DNA from: Selaginella moellendorffii
Lineage: Eukaryota > Plantae > Lycopodiophyta
Length of the DNA stretch: 64,000 bases
Direction: 5' to 3'
NCBI RefSeq assembly: GCF_000143415.4
Contig: NW_003314285.1
Coordinates: 895,370 to 959,369, forward strand
How positions within the stretch are numbered: the first letter of the stretch is position 1; every line of letters begins with the position of its first letter. This document shows positions 48,301 through 60,377 of this stretch, piece by piece. Both the position numbers and the translations under genes were made by a program. A model generated the notes under the pieces. It did no database searches, was not told the origin of the DNA, and worked only from the letters and a program-made list of their open reading frames with translations.

Positions 48301-48821
48301 GGAACAAAAGTAATGGAAGCAGAGGTAGAAGTAGAGGGACGAAGAGGTACGGAAGTGAGAGGAATGGATGAAACATAAGGAAGTATGAGACAAGGGGGAA
48401 AAGCCTCAAAGTCACACTTGGTATGATTGTGCTGCAACCAATCCATACCAAGAATGAGGTCAAAAGCTTGACTCGGCACCACCCGCAACGACTGCAACTC
48501 AAGCTCGAGATCGCCCACACGCACAACCAGGTCCGCCTCATCTCGTGCACATGCATGTGTACGGCCGTTGCCATAAAGAATGAAAACTGGATCCGCCGCA
48601 CGACGCAAGTGTAGACGACAACGTGTGGCAATAGGTCGAGCAATAGAAGATAAACTCGAACCTATATCAACCAACACGGAGAGAAGAATAGGAGACCTCT
48701 TGTTATAAAAACGAGTTTGGAAAGTAAACACTGGATGAACCGGTGCCGAGTGAACCCCTTGATGATACTCCCGAAAGAAAGATGGAGGGGTCACTAACTT
48801 ATTCGCGCAAGGTCCCTCCAT
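45357..48821 (-). CDS. pol: Pol polyprotein (protease, RT, RNase H, integrase)
   Basis: VLVDIGS, DLILGMDWL, RFCIDYRPLN, LDLASGYW, MPFGLNNAPATFQ, FIDD, DGSDIGLGAVL, HHCC zinc finger, SDNG, YHPQSDGLVER, KWKGPY. Confidence 0.97.
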   Translation of the reverse strand: MEGPCANKLVTPPSFFREYHQGVHSAPVHPVFTFQTRFYNKRSPILLSVLVDIGSSLSSIARPIATRCRLHLRRAADPVFILYGNGRTHACARDEADLVVRVGDLELELQSLRVVPSQAFDLILGMDWLQHNHTKCDFEAFPPCLILPYVSSIPLTSVPLRPSTSTSASITFVPPLFPLVFPSCSALPLSDPSDDLCVAAVDQLMKEYSDLFEFDLSSGAKIATRHPIPTGDARPIKVPVRRQSPKEIKILRANVKEMLDKSVIRKSQSPWACKPHLVTKPDGSIRFCIDYRPLNEVTIPDVYPLPHTADLLDRLGRSCWFTNLDLASGYWEVPMAEDDIPKTAFRTPFGLYEFLVMPFGLNNAPATFQRMMGEVLCDMPEVTADFIDDVLIHSEGTWEEHVCDVCKVLDRLRDVGLKLKRSKCVFGSKDTTYLGYRISREGLQVDPDKLVAVLKFPTPKCVNDVQCFLGKVQYLGRFVDHLSDRTLPLRALLKSSTSSFIWSPDCERAFVNLKELLTTPPVLAYPDYTRPFILRVDGSDIGLGAVLMQESSSVPGQCHPIAYISRTLQPADMNYSTTEKECLAAVWGFEKLHAYLHGSRTLLEGDHAAVTSLLKRKNLVGRTARWALKLQIYDFNVVHRPGSSMADADALSRAPLPSPLTSHVSEEPVVPASVDFLDEDSVPSAVAVLDVQCPQGVEQDLPSLDEVREAQKIEPWIRRLRDGFENPASLADDLPFRHLHSQYRLEDGLLYFVGTDPDAHLRLVVPSVFIPRFLHAYHDSPILGGHMGHRRVNEKLRRSFYWPEMRRDIIQYVRSCVWCQARNTPPCAAEGRLESIAVSCPFELVAFDLMGPFPRSTAGNEYVIIASDYLTRWVEVGALVSASATAVGYFLLNRVVFQHSCPERILSDNGPAFMAEVFHVLTSRLGIRHTFTSAYHPQSDGLVERLVRTFKGMIAKYVNYQHWDWDGYLPSLRYAYVTGVQSSVGASPYKLLYGHDPILPTELGLPSRLPRAPDARSWDQYLTSILPLVRAESAEHLGRVQVGQQRRYNSHHRPPAEYKVDDLVLVHFPHLTVRGLSKGLLAKWKGPYRVLRQVGPQVYEVRHDVQQADPPEIVHVQRLKRFIQRDQEQLIPSTDPPMPPPDVPPDPSLSTREP

Positions 48822-48845
48822 TACTCGCGCGACTCCTCGTTTCCC
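48782..48845 (-). promoter_or_regulatory. Predicted -1 programmed ribosomal frameshift signal (G GGA AAC plus H-type pseudoknot)
   Basis: Heptamer 48845-48839 in the gag frame, 6-nt spacer, stem 1 UCGCGCGAG/CUUGCGCGA, stem 2 AUGGAGGG/CCCUCCAU; the -1 frame is the pol frame. Confidence 0.8.
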
Positions 48846-49753
48846 GAATGCACCTCAGTATCCAAACCTTCCACCGCAGCAGCACCAACGGGACGTTGCT
48901 GACGCCAAGGTCTCCACCCAGGAAATGGAGGTCGCCAATCCGGAAAGCGCCGACAACGCCGTTAAGTATGACCAACTTCATCACACGCCCAGCAACGAAT
49001 GTCACGGCCACGACCACGTCCTCGCCCTTGTCCTTGGACTCGAGTAGCAGCAGCATCAACCTCCATGGGAACAGGACCATCACTCATAGGAAGTGGAACT
49101 GAAGGACGTGTAGCAAGAAGTGGAAGAGGCGACGTCTCATAACGTTGTGCCAAGCGAAGAGCATCGTCAAGAGTGGCAGGAGCAAGTGCATGCACAAGTC
49201 CGACAAGATCTTGACGAAGTGCTGGCCACAACATTCCTAGCTTGATCCGCTCCGACATATTTGGCTCCGCACGAAGCAAAAGACTTCGGAAAGAAACGCC
49301 AAATTGCATCACCGACTCAGATGGCCCTTGGCGAAGACGATGCAATTGTTGGAAGGCATCATTACAATCGTCAGCGTGTCCGAAGGCGCGTTTGAAGACA
49401 TCCGAAAGAACACTCCAATTGCCACGAGTAGCTGCGCTCAATCCATTGTACCACTGCAATGCCGTCCCTTGAAGACATGTGGGGAACTCACGCAAACATC
49501 GAGCATCATCCCAAGAATGATATGTGGCAATCACCGTGAAGTGATCGAACCAATGGTACACATCATCCCCAGGATTCACACGAAAGAACTCCGGCCGAAC
49601 GCGAGGATTGGCACCAAAAGCAGGAGGAGTTGTACCATGTGCCGTGAACACCGCCATCAACTGAGTTTGGTTGTTCAATTGCAGACGCATAGCATCAAGC
49701 AATTGAACCAATTGCTGCTCTAGAGTCAAAGGAGGAGATTGCGGATCGGCCAT
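48821..49753 (-). pseudogene. gag: gag with premature TAA inside the CCHC zinc knuckle
   Basis: Retrotrans_gag-like (LQGTALQWY, LRQGPSESV). Knuckle reads CWACDEVGHT*RRC; the frame stays open after the stop to TAA at 48823-48821. Confidence 0.9.
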
Positions 49754-49965
49754 GAAAATGAATGAGAAAGAAAGAGCAAAAGAAGAGAAATGACAAAAAG
49801 TTGGAAAGAAATGGTAGATCTAGACAATGCAAAAAGCTAGATCTAAACCAAAATCCTGAAAGGAAAGAACAAAAGAAAGGAAATGGAAAAAACTAGATCT
49901 AGACAATGCAAAAGCTAGATCTAAACCGAAATCCTAAATCCAAGCACTCCCCAGGAACAATCAAA

Positions 49966-49986
49966 GGTGCCCCTCACCTCCACCAA
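49966..49986 (-). promoter_or_regulatory. Primer binding site, probably tRNA-Ala
   Basis: TGGTGGAGGTGAGGGG directly after the 5' LTR, complementary to a ...CCCC.CA.CTCCACCA 3' end as in tRNA-Ala; identical in the relic at 4144. Confidence 0.7.
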
Positions 49987-50160
49987 TGTGAGTGCATGGA
50001 ATATGGAAAGGGAATACAGAAATGTGCATATCAATTAACCCAAAAACCCTAGCTTATATACAGGAGCGAGTGGTCCGGATTGAAACCAATCCGACGGCTA
50101 CCAAAATCCACTACGCTAATATTAGTATATGGCATCGTAGCCGTACACTTGGCCCTCACA
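49987..50160 (-). repeat. 5' LTR (174 bp)
   Basis: Direct repeat of 45151-45324 with two transitions. Confidence 0.97.
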
Positions 50161-51936
50161 ATGTCCTTTTTTCTCAAAACATTTCCAACAAAAAATGTAT
50201 ATTTTTAAAAATTTAAGTTATAAATATAATTGAAAAACTATTATAAAGATGGGAAGTTTATGTTACTTTTATTGTCCTTTCATATATATCTAATTTTTGG
50301 CATTATAACCTTATTCTCTTCAATATAAAACCCTCAATTTTACTCTAAATTTTTTTATTTGTTTTTATAAATGATGTAAAATTTTTAAACTTAAAATTAT
50401 TCAACTCTTTAAATAATCACAAATTTTATTACCTAAAATACTAATGTGTCCACCTCCCATATAATATTAAATAATTAAATTATATTATCTAAAATTTTAT
50501 AAATGCAAAAAAATTCTAATCATTTTTATAAAATAGTATTAAATTAAAATTTATTTATTAATAATTATTGTTATAGATTTTTATTGACTTAGATATAGTA
50601 AATAGGTAAAATAAATAACATTATGTCTTCCCTGACTATTAAACAAACATTGATATATTATTTGAGGATTTTACTCATTTGTTTTTAATGGTCATGTAAG
50701 TAAATCTTTTTTTTGCATGTTTAAAGGCATCATTATAGCCAAGTAAATTAAACTAAGAAATAAGTTTTTAATACTATAATCGATTATAAACCATTTCAAA
50801 TAACAAGTAAAACTTATTTTTAATGTTTAAAAGAATATTTAATAATGAAAGCATTTATTTTTATGATTTTAAGAAGACAATTTTAAATTTTGTATTTCAA
50901 AAAAAAAAAGATTTAAAGTGTTGTTTTTTTAAAGTACTAAGTTCAAAATATAGTCTAAAAGTATTTTAAAAAATTAAACTATGTTTTAGGAATATTCTTA
51001 AAGAGTAAAATATTTTGATTAGTGAAAATAGTTTTTTATTTTTTTGAATTGCTTTGATATTCATGTAAATTCTACCATCTAACAAATTTAGATTAATTTT
51101 TCGTATAGATTTTAATTTTTTTTACTTTCTTAAATAAGAGTTAATACAAATCTTGAACATTCTTATATACAAATTCAATTTTATCTTGGTTTTATAATTT
51201 ATATTTTTTGTTTTGATAGTTTTGTTGACCTTTTATAGGATCAAATATAAAACACTATGGATTCAATTCTAAATTTCTAAATAATGTACTTTTAGAGCTT
51301 TAAATTAACAAAAGAGGCACCATCTCTACTTTTTATAATTCTTTTGAATTATAATATATATTTCTCCCTTTTCACTTTCAAAATGAATTTTATAATTTGA
51401 AAAATTGCACCAAAAATGGTCCTATGAGCCTAATCCCACATTAAAGCCTCCTCCCTCTCGGCACTTTATTTCAAACATTAAGAGTTACCCTCAAGGGGAA
51501 AAGGAACTTATATTCCCTGTAACATTGTTGATTATCTCATGAGAGACAACACAATGGCAGTAAACGTCTCCCATATCTGGCTGCTGGATTTAATGGACAA
51601 ATCTGATCATAGCCCCCTGGCCTTTCGACTACAAACTACAGAGGCTTACCTTAGTACATGACTGCTGAGGACAGCCGCAAGGGACGAGGCGGACGACACT
51701 GATGCCAACGAGATTGGACGAAATGGTTATGGCAATCGTCATAGCTGGCAATTATCACATATACATATTTCATCGGACTTTTGTAAATAAAATGAATTAA
51801 ACAATATATAAATGAAGGCAGCAAATTTATTCCAATATACAGCCAAACGAAATGAATGAATGAATGAATTGTCTCTAAAAATTCCTACAAAAGAATTCTA
51901 CACAAAACAATCAACCGGTAGATCCAGTCGTCCAGA

Positions 51937-52317
51937 TCAAGGAATCCCAAAGAGAACCAGCACTCCAGCGAGCATCAGCCACACAAGATGGACGAGAAGT
52001 AAAGCCCGCCCGGCCATGGCGCCCTTTCCCAAACCTCCTCCATTTCCAGGGCTACAGTAGCCGGTGTGCGAGATCTCCACGCCGTCGCAAGCGGCATCGC
52101 GAGAGCCACACCAATACGTCACGCCGTTCGCCCCACACACTGGATCCGCACGCAGGCAGCTCACCGGGCACTCGATCTTGGCGGCATCTCCCCCGTCTAG
52201 AACCCTAGAACCTGAATCGATGATCGACAAGCGCTGGCCGTCCTGATCGCCGGAGACGAGCGCCAGAAATGCAAGGAGCTGGAGCGCCCACAAGAGCGAA
52301 TTCTTCTTCCTTCCCAT
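51937..52317 (-). CDS. Kazal-type serine protease inhibitor with C-terminal TM segment
   Basis: Signal peptide; CPVSCLRADPVCGANGVTYWCGSRDAACDGVEISHTGYC; ALLLVHLVWLMLAG C-terminal helix typical of plant Kazal proteins. Confidence 0.93.
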   Translation of the reverse strand: MGRKKNSLLWALQLLAFLALVSGDQDGQRLSIIDSGSRVLDGGDAAKIECPVSCLRADPVCGANGVTYWCGSRDAACDGVEISHTGYCSPGNGGGLGKGAMAGRALLLVHLVWLMLAGVLVLFGIP

Positions 52318-52475
52318 CGATTCATACCCTAAAACGCGTTCTTTCTTTCGCAACGTTTATTTCTAAGGACGGAGGTTATTAACAATGAGAGAATCAACTT
52401 GTACTTAAATCAAAAGAAAAACATCAAAAATTCATTTTAAAGGCCAAAAAGGAAGAAAAAAAATCTCGCTCACGC

Positions 52476-55362
<2,887 letters not shown>

Positions 55363-55487
55363 TCGCGACCGCGAGTTTGAAGCACTCATGGAAAAAGAGC
55401 GGGCTACCAGGTTTATACATGGGCGAGAGGGAACAAGTTTTCTAGGGTTGGCGCCTCTAGGCTTGATCTATCGGGGGATCCGGTGGC

Positions 55488-57033
55488 ATGGCAGAGAATG
55501 CGCAGCGGATGCTCACTCGTGCCGCTGCTAGGAAGTCGCAAGCTGAATCCAAGCGCGCCGCCGTCTCCTCCGATGCCGTTCCTCCAGCGAAGAAGCGTCG
55601 GCCGCTAGGGATCTTGCCAAACAGCGCTCCAGGCGTCTCTGCGAAATCCCGGAGCGCGGTTGCCGGGAAGAAAAAAGCCGCCTCAAATGCTCCGGAGGAA
55701 GGTATGTCTTTTGGGCTTGCTTGTACCGACCCTTTGCTTAGATCGATGGCTCATGGAAAAGTTTTTCTCCACAGTCGTGCTCAAGGGCGTGAAAGACATC
55801 GACGATTCACATGACAATCCTCAAATGTGTAGCGTGTATGCTCCGGATATCTTCGACTACATTCGCAGGAGTGAGGTCAGTGTGCCATTCATCTCTCGGA
55901 ACTTTTCCTTTCGGTTCTTACGTTCTATACAGGTCAGACAGAAATATAATCCAGACTACATGCAAGTGATCCAGACTGACATCAATGCTAATATGCGAGC
56001 TATCCTTGTAGACTGGCTAGTTGAGGTGAGAAGTTCTTTTCTTTCCGCGAGGTAACATAGTCTATGATTGTACAGGTAGCGGAGGAATACAAACTCGTCC
56101 CAGATACGCTCTATCTCACAGTTTCTTACGTCGATCAATACCTGTCGGCAAATCATGTCACCCGTCAAACGCTGCAATTGCTTGGAGTTTCCTGTATGCT
56201 AATAGCCTCGTAAGTTCGTCGCAACGCGATGTGAAAGCTTATTCTCTAATGGCCTTTCCAGCAAGTACGAGGAGATCTGTGCACCGCAAGTAGAAGACTT
56301 TTGCTACATCACAGACAATACTTACACGAGGGAGGAAGTCTTAGACATGGAAAGGAAAGTCTTGCGGCATCTGCGTTTTGATCTCGCTGTCCCTACGACA
56401 AAAACTTTTTTAAGGTGCGCGCGATATTTGCAAGCGTTTGATGAGGTTTATATTTGTCTTGTTTTTCAGGAGATTTATCAGAGCTGCTCAAAGTTCTTAC
56501 CAGGTCGGGATCTCTAGTCTATAATCGCTGTTCGAGTTCCTCTGACGGAGATTTGTCCATGTTTCAGGTCCCGTCACTGCAACTGGAATTCTTGGGGAAC
56601 TACCTGGCAGAGCTTACGCTGTTGGAATATAACTTTCTGAAATTTTCTTCTTCACTTGTAGCGGCGTCAATTGTTTTTCTGGCCAGGATCACGATAGACT
56701 CTTCTGCAAGGCCTTGGGTATGCAATCCTGTATCGCTGTATGCATCACTGACTTGTTTCTGTTGTTCAGAGCACTACATTGCAGCATTACAGTGGATACC
56801 GACCGTCACAACTTGAGGCGTGCGTTCTGGCAATTCACGGCCTCCAAACAAAGAGTAGTACACTACCTGGCGTTCGGGAAAAGTACAAGCAGCACAAGGT
56901 ATAATCGATTCTGTGCAGTGCAATTCAATCGCTTGACATTCCTGAACGCTTGCAGTTCAAGTGCGTGGCTACTCTACAGCCGCCTCCCGTGCTGTTCTTC
57001 CAATACTTCGACGATAGCACGCTAGAGAGCTAG
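55488..57033 (+). CDS. CYCA: A-type cyclin
   Basis: D-box [94 protein letters not shown]. Confidence 0.96.
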
Positions 57034-57297
57034 TTATATGTGACCGGACTGTCACTACTTCGTCGACTGTGGGCTTAGAAGGCGAGCCGAGCGGCATATT
57101 TAACTTCTCCTTGCGAGCTGGAGAAACTTTCTGCCAGTCTCCGCTGAAACTAATCATCGCGTTGCGCGATAAGTGCTGTAAATTCGTTTTTTGGAAGGCT
57201 GCTCCAGCGAGCCTCTGGAATCAACTCTCATATAGCTATGTTTTTTTCCAGCAACTTTTGATAGATGCTTGAGCTTTCTGGGCTCACTCTTAAGCAG

Positions 57298-57657
57298 CTA
57301 TCCCTTTATTGGCGAGCCACAGGAAGGACAATACCTGAAGCTTGGGCTCAAGGGAGTGGAGCAAGACCAGCATTTGAGCGGGGCTTTGCTTTCTTCCATG
57401 AACTTAGAACTTAGATCAGCTCCAGGTGAGCGCGGCTGAATGGTTGCTACATCTGCAGGAACTAGGAGGCCACAATCATTGCAGGAAATTCCAGGCCCTT
57501 TGGCCGGCCACCTCCACACGGGCACAAAGAACGCCTTCAACACCTTGTCATAATCCACTAGGTCTGCAGGCCCTCCACAACGAAGACACCGTGCGGCATT
57601 TCTTTCAAGTACCTTTCGGACCTCGGCTGAGACTCCACCCAGGAAGAAGAAGAACAT
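57298..57657 (-). CDS. Small zinc-ribbon domain protein
   Basis: MFFFFLGG start, four CxxC pairs, FFVPVWRW motif of the plant zinc_ribbon_15-type family. Confidence 0.85.
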   Translation of the reverse strand: MFFFFLGGVSAEVRKVLERNAARCLRCGGPADLVDYDKVLKAFFVPVWRWPAKGPGISCNDCGLLVPADVATIQPRSPGADLSSKFMEESKAPLKCWSCSTPLSPSFRYCPSCGSPIKG

Positions 57658-58052
57658 GGCAAAGAGCTAACCAAAACCCCAGTATGTGAGTAAAGTTATG
57701 CTTGCTTTTTTGCCTTTTTCATGAGGTGGCAGTGGAGTTTCATGCAAAATTGTGGGCTGTTAGTTCGTGCAGATGTAGTAACATTCTACCTCATTTCATT
57801 TTAAGATCATGGAAAAAAATTAAAGTTCCACTCGAATGCTAGTTTTGCTCATCTCCCTTGGAAGCAAAGCTTCAGATATTGTCTTTTTTTGCTCAATAAT
57901 AGAGTTCATAATATATCCCATCGCAACGAGTGTCCAAGGTCGGCTCAACTTCCATGTCTCTTGGTTGACTGTACGCATCTGCAAGTAAGTTCAAGCGGTG
58001 GAATTCCAAGTTTTGTGTAACGTTTTGTTCAAATGGTATTTTTTTCACAACT

Positions 58053-59331
58053 TCACACAGATGGGACTTGCAAAGTTTCCTCCACTCGAACTGGATCTCC
58101 AACACGAACTAACTCGTTCTTCTTCGCCATGGACTCCACGCAAACAGCGTTTTGGCCGAAGAAAACCTGCACTTGTAAACAAAGGTCAGGCAAGTTATGT
58201 TAACGTTTCAAAGAACTTACCTTGTTTTTCACAGATTGAACAGCGCATAGCATCTCTCCCTTGCGGAACTCCATGAGTGTCAAGGTCGGCTCGGCTCCCA
58301 TCTCGGTTGTCTCTTGGTTGATTGTAGGTATCTACAAGTAAGTTCAAACAGTGGGAATCCCAAGTTCTCTAAGCTCAGGCGAACCTTGCATCTGGAACAA
58401 AGCTTTACTCCGTGAAAGGTCAGGTCTTTGATCTTAAACGTCCGCCAGGTATCCTCTGCGAAGGGTTCGCAGCCCTCGACGATTATACTGCACAGAGGTA
58501 AATGCAAACAAAACCAGACAGCAAAATCTTCTTACTTTGGCCTGAACCGATTCATAGGAAGTTGATTCCGCAAGCGCTTGTTCACAGCGTCAAGAGAAGC
58601 CTGCGGAAGATCAAAGAGAGAACTTTGGGCTAGAAACGAACCTGGGAAGCAACGAGAAATGGAAAACCATCGGTGAAGGAGGCTTTGTATCCGTCAGCAT
58701 ACTCGGTATCAGTCGGTCGCTCCATCGCAGCTATCACCACGCACTTGTCTGCGTTTAAATCTCTGTCAAACATTTCTTACCAGGATCTAGACGCACAAGG
58801 TGGCAAGTTCTTCCAAGATAAGCGGAGAACCACTTGTGTGCTGCTGTTCCCTCGTCCAGTGCTACGCCAGACCACTCCCACACCGAAGCATGGACTTTCT
58901 CTTTGCTGCCAAACAAAGGGACTTGAAGCGTGGTCTCCATTCCCGGGGCTTGGAATGCTACGAAGAAGAAAGAGTAAGTTCTTTTTTTCTTGTGCTCCTT
59001 CTGCTTACACACTGAAGAATTCGCTGGTAGAGACTGTAGAGGAGCAGTGAAAAGCTCGGGAGGCATAATTGGCTGGATCAAAGCAAGCTTTGGCTCCACT
59101 CTTTGGGTGAGCATCCTTCCTCTGTCATTGACAACAAGCCAGTGCCTATCCCATCGAAATCCTGTTCTTCAAGGATTAGTTTTCTTCGTTTTTTCGCAGG
59201 CAATGCGAGCTCCAAGAAATTCATTCAATCTTACCAGTCGGGCAGATCGCGGCAGCGTCAATCTCGATCCCTTTGCACGACTTGACTGGGTAGACAAAGA
59301 GCGACTTGACGACCATGGCCGAGTCCTCCAT
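58053..59331 (-). CDS. ARC: MOSC-domain protein / amidoxime-reducing component (mARC-like)
   Basis: VKSLFVYPVKSCKGI, GFRWDRHWLV, TQRVEPKLALI, WFSAYLG, FTDGFPFL, PMNRFRP, FAEDTW, VKLCSRCK, VFFGQN. Confidence 0.93.
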
Positions 59332-59435
59332 AGCCACCGCTAGAGAAGCTTCTATCGAAGGTTCGATCCAAACTCTATTATCTGGTGTCGTGTAAATGGG
59401 CGAGACGGCTCTAGGGCTTTGCGGAGGAGACGACA

Positions 59436-59720
59436 ATGGCGGAGGATCAAGCGCAAGCGCGAGCTCGCGAGAGGATGGAGGCGACCAACCAAGCGACGAT
59501 AGCGGGCGCCAAGGGCGCGCTTCTGTCGACGGCGATCACTGCTCCAATTGTGCTCTTGTCGGCGCGGAAATTCGAGTGGGTGAGGAAGAATATCAAGCCC
59601 ACTGGGCGGGCGATCCTGGTTTGCTTCCCAGCGGTGGGGACGTTCTTCGTTGTGGCGGATAAATCGATCCTTAAGAGCGCCCGCGATACATCGCTCGCCA
59701 GGATCCAGAACAAAACCTAG
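59436..59720 (+). CDS. ENOD93: Early nodulin 93 family protein
   Basis: AGAKGA...TAPIVLLSARKFEWVRKNIKPTGRAILV...FFVVADKSILKSAR pattern. Confidence 0.9.
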   Translation: MAEDQAQARARERMEATNQATIAGAKGALLSTAITAPIVLLSARKFEWVRKNIKPTGRAILVCFPAVGTFFVVADKSILKSARDTSLARIQNKT

Positions 59721-60125
59721 ATAAAAATGAAATTGTTTTTAACCCTTTGGGTTTGGAATGCCACATTTAGGTATGGGTTTTTGGAAAAATTCTTTCTAGC
59801 AAAATTTGAGTTTCGCACTTAGACTTTTTTTTTTTTTTTTCTGATGTAGTGCTCACACTTCAGGCACCGGCAGGTCGGGCGGCATGGTTTGCGTTCCTTG
59901 TGTGTTGTATTTTCATGTTATGATTTAACAATGGCTTGCTTGTTTGGAATCTTTTTCATCGCTGAAAAATTCTTGTGTGGTTTTAAGCCGGGCGTGATGA
60001 ACAGCTCTGGTATTCGTATGAGCAGTTTTGTCTGCAGCATTCTCAACGGCGTGGACGCCCACGGTACAGAGCAAACACTCCATCTCGCCTACGACAAGCT
60101 CGTAAAAGAACCTTCTCTTATGGCA

Positions 60126-60323
60126 TTGACTGTGTTGACTTTTTATTGACTTTCATTGACTTTATGAACGTGAACTTATCCGATTTTGAGCGGAGATCTC
60201 GATTGAACTCAAGGATCCGGGTGGCGCTCCTGCAGCCTGAATATTTCTGGATTATTGACTTTCAATGATACCGTTTCATTAGGGTTTACAACTCAAAAGA
60301 CTTTGCATTGAATTAGTTTGACC
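60126..60323 (+). promoter_or_regulatory. Cluster of six W-box (TTGACY) motifs upstream of ISA2
   Basis: TTGACT at 60126, 60135, 60146, 60156 and 60255; TTGACC at 60318. Confidence 0.5.
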
Positions 60324-60377
60324 TAAGAGTTTAATATATTTGCCACACGGATCACCTGGAGCTGCCAGGAGCATAGG

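Larger units (their letters stand above)
45151..50160 (-). mobile_element. Young full-length Ty3/gypsy LTR retrotransposon (5010 bp, non-chromovirus)
   Basis: Two 174-bp TG...CA LTRs differing at 2 positions; PBS, gag, PR-RT-RH-INT order, GPY motif, PPT; no chromodomain. Confidence 0.98.

Noticed and set aside
59860-60110. Possible C/D snoRNA (GTGATGA at about 59994) or 52-aa minus-strand ORF
   Set aside because: No matching D box with terminal stem at a suitable distance, and no homology evidence for the ORF.
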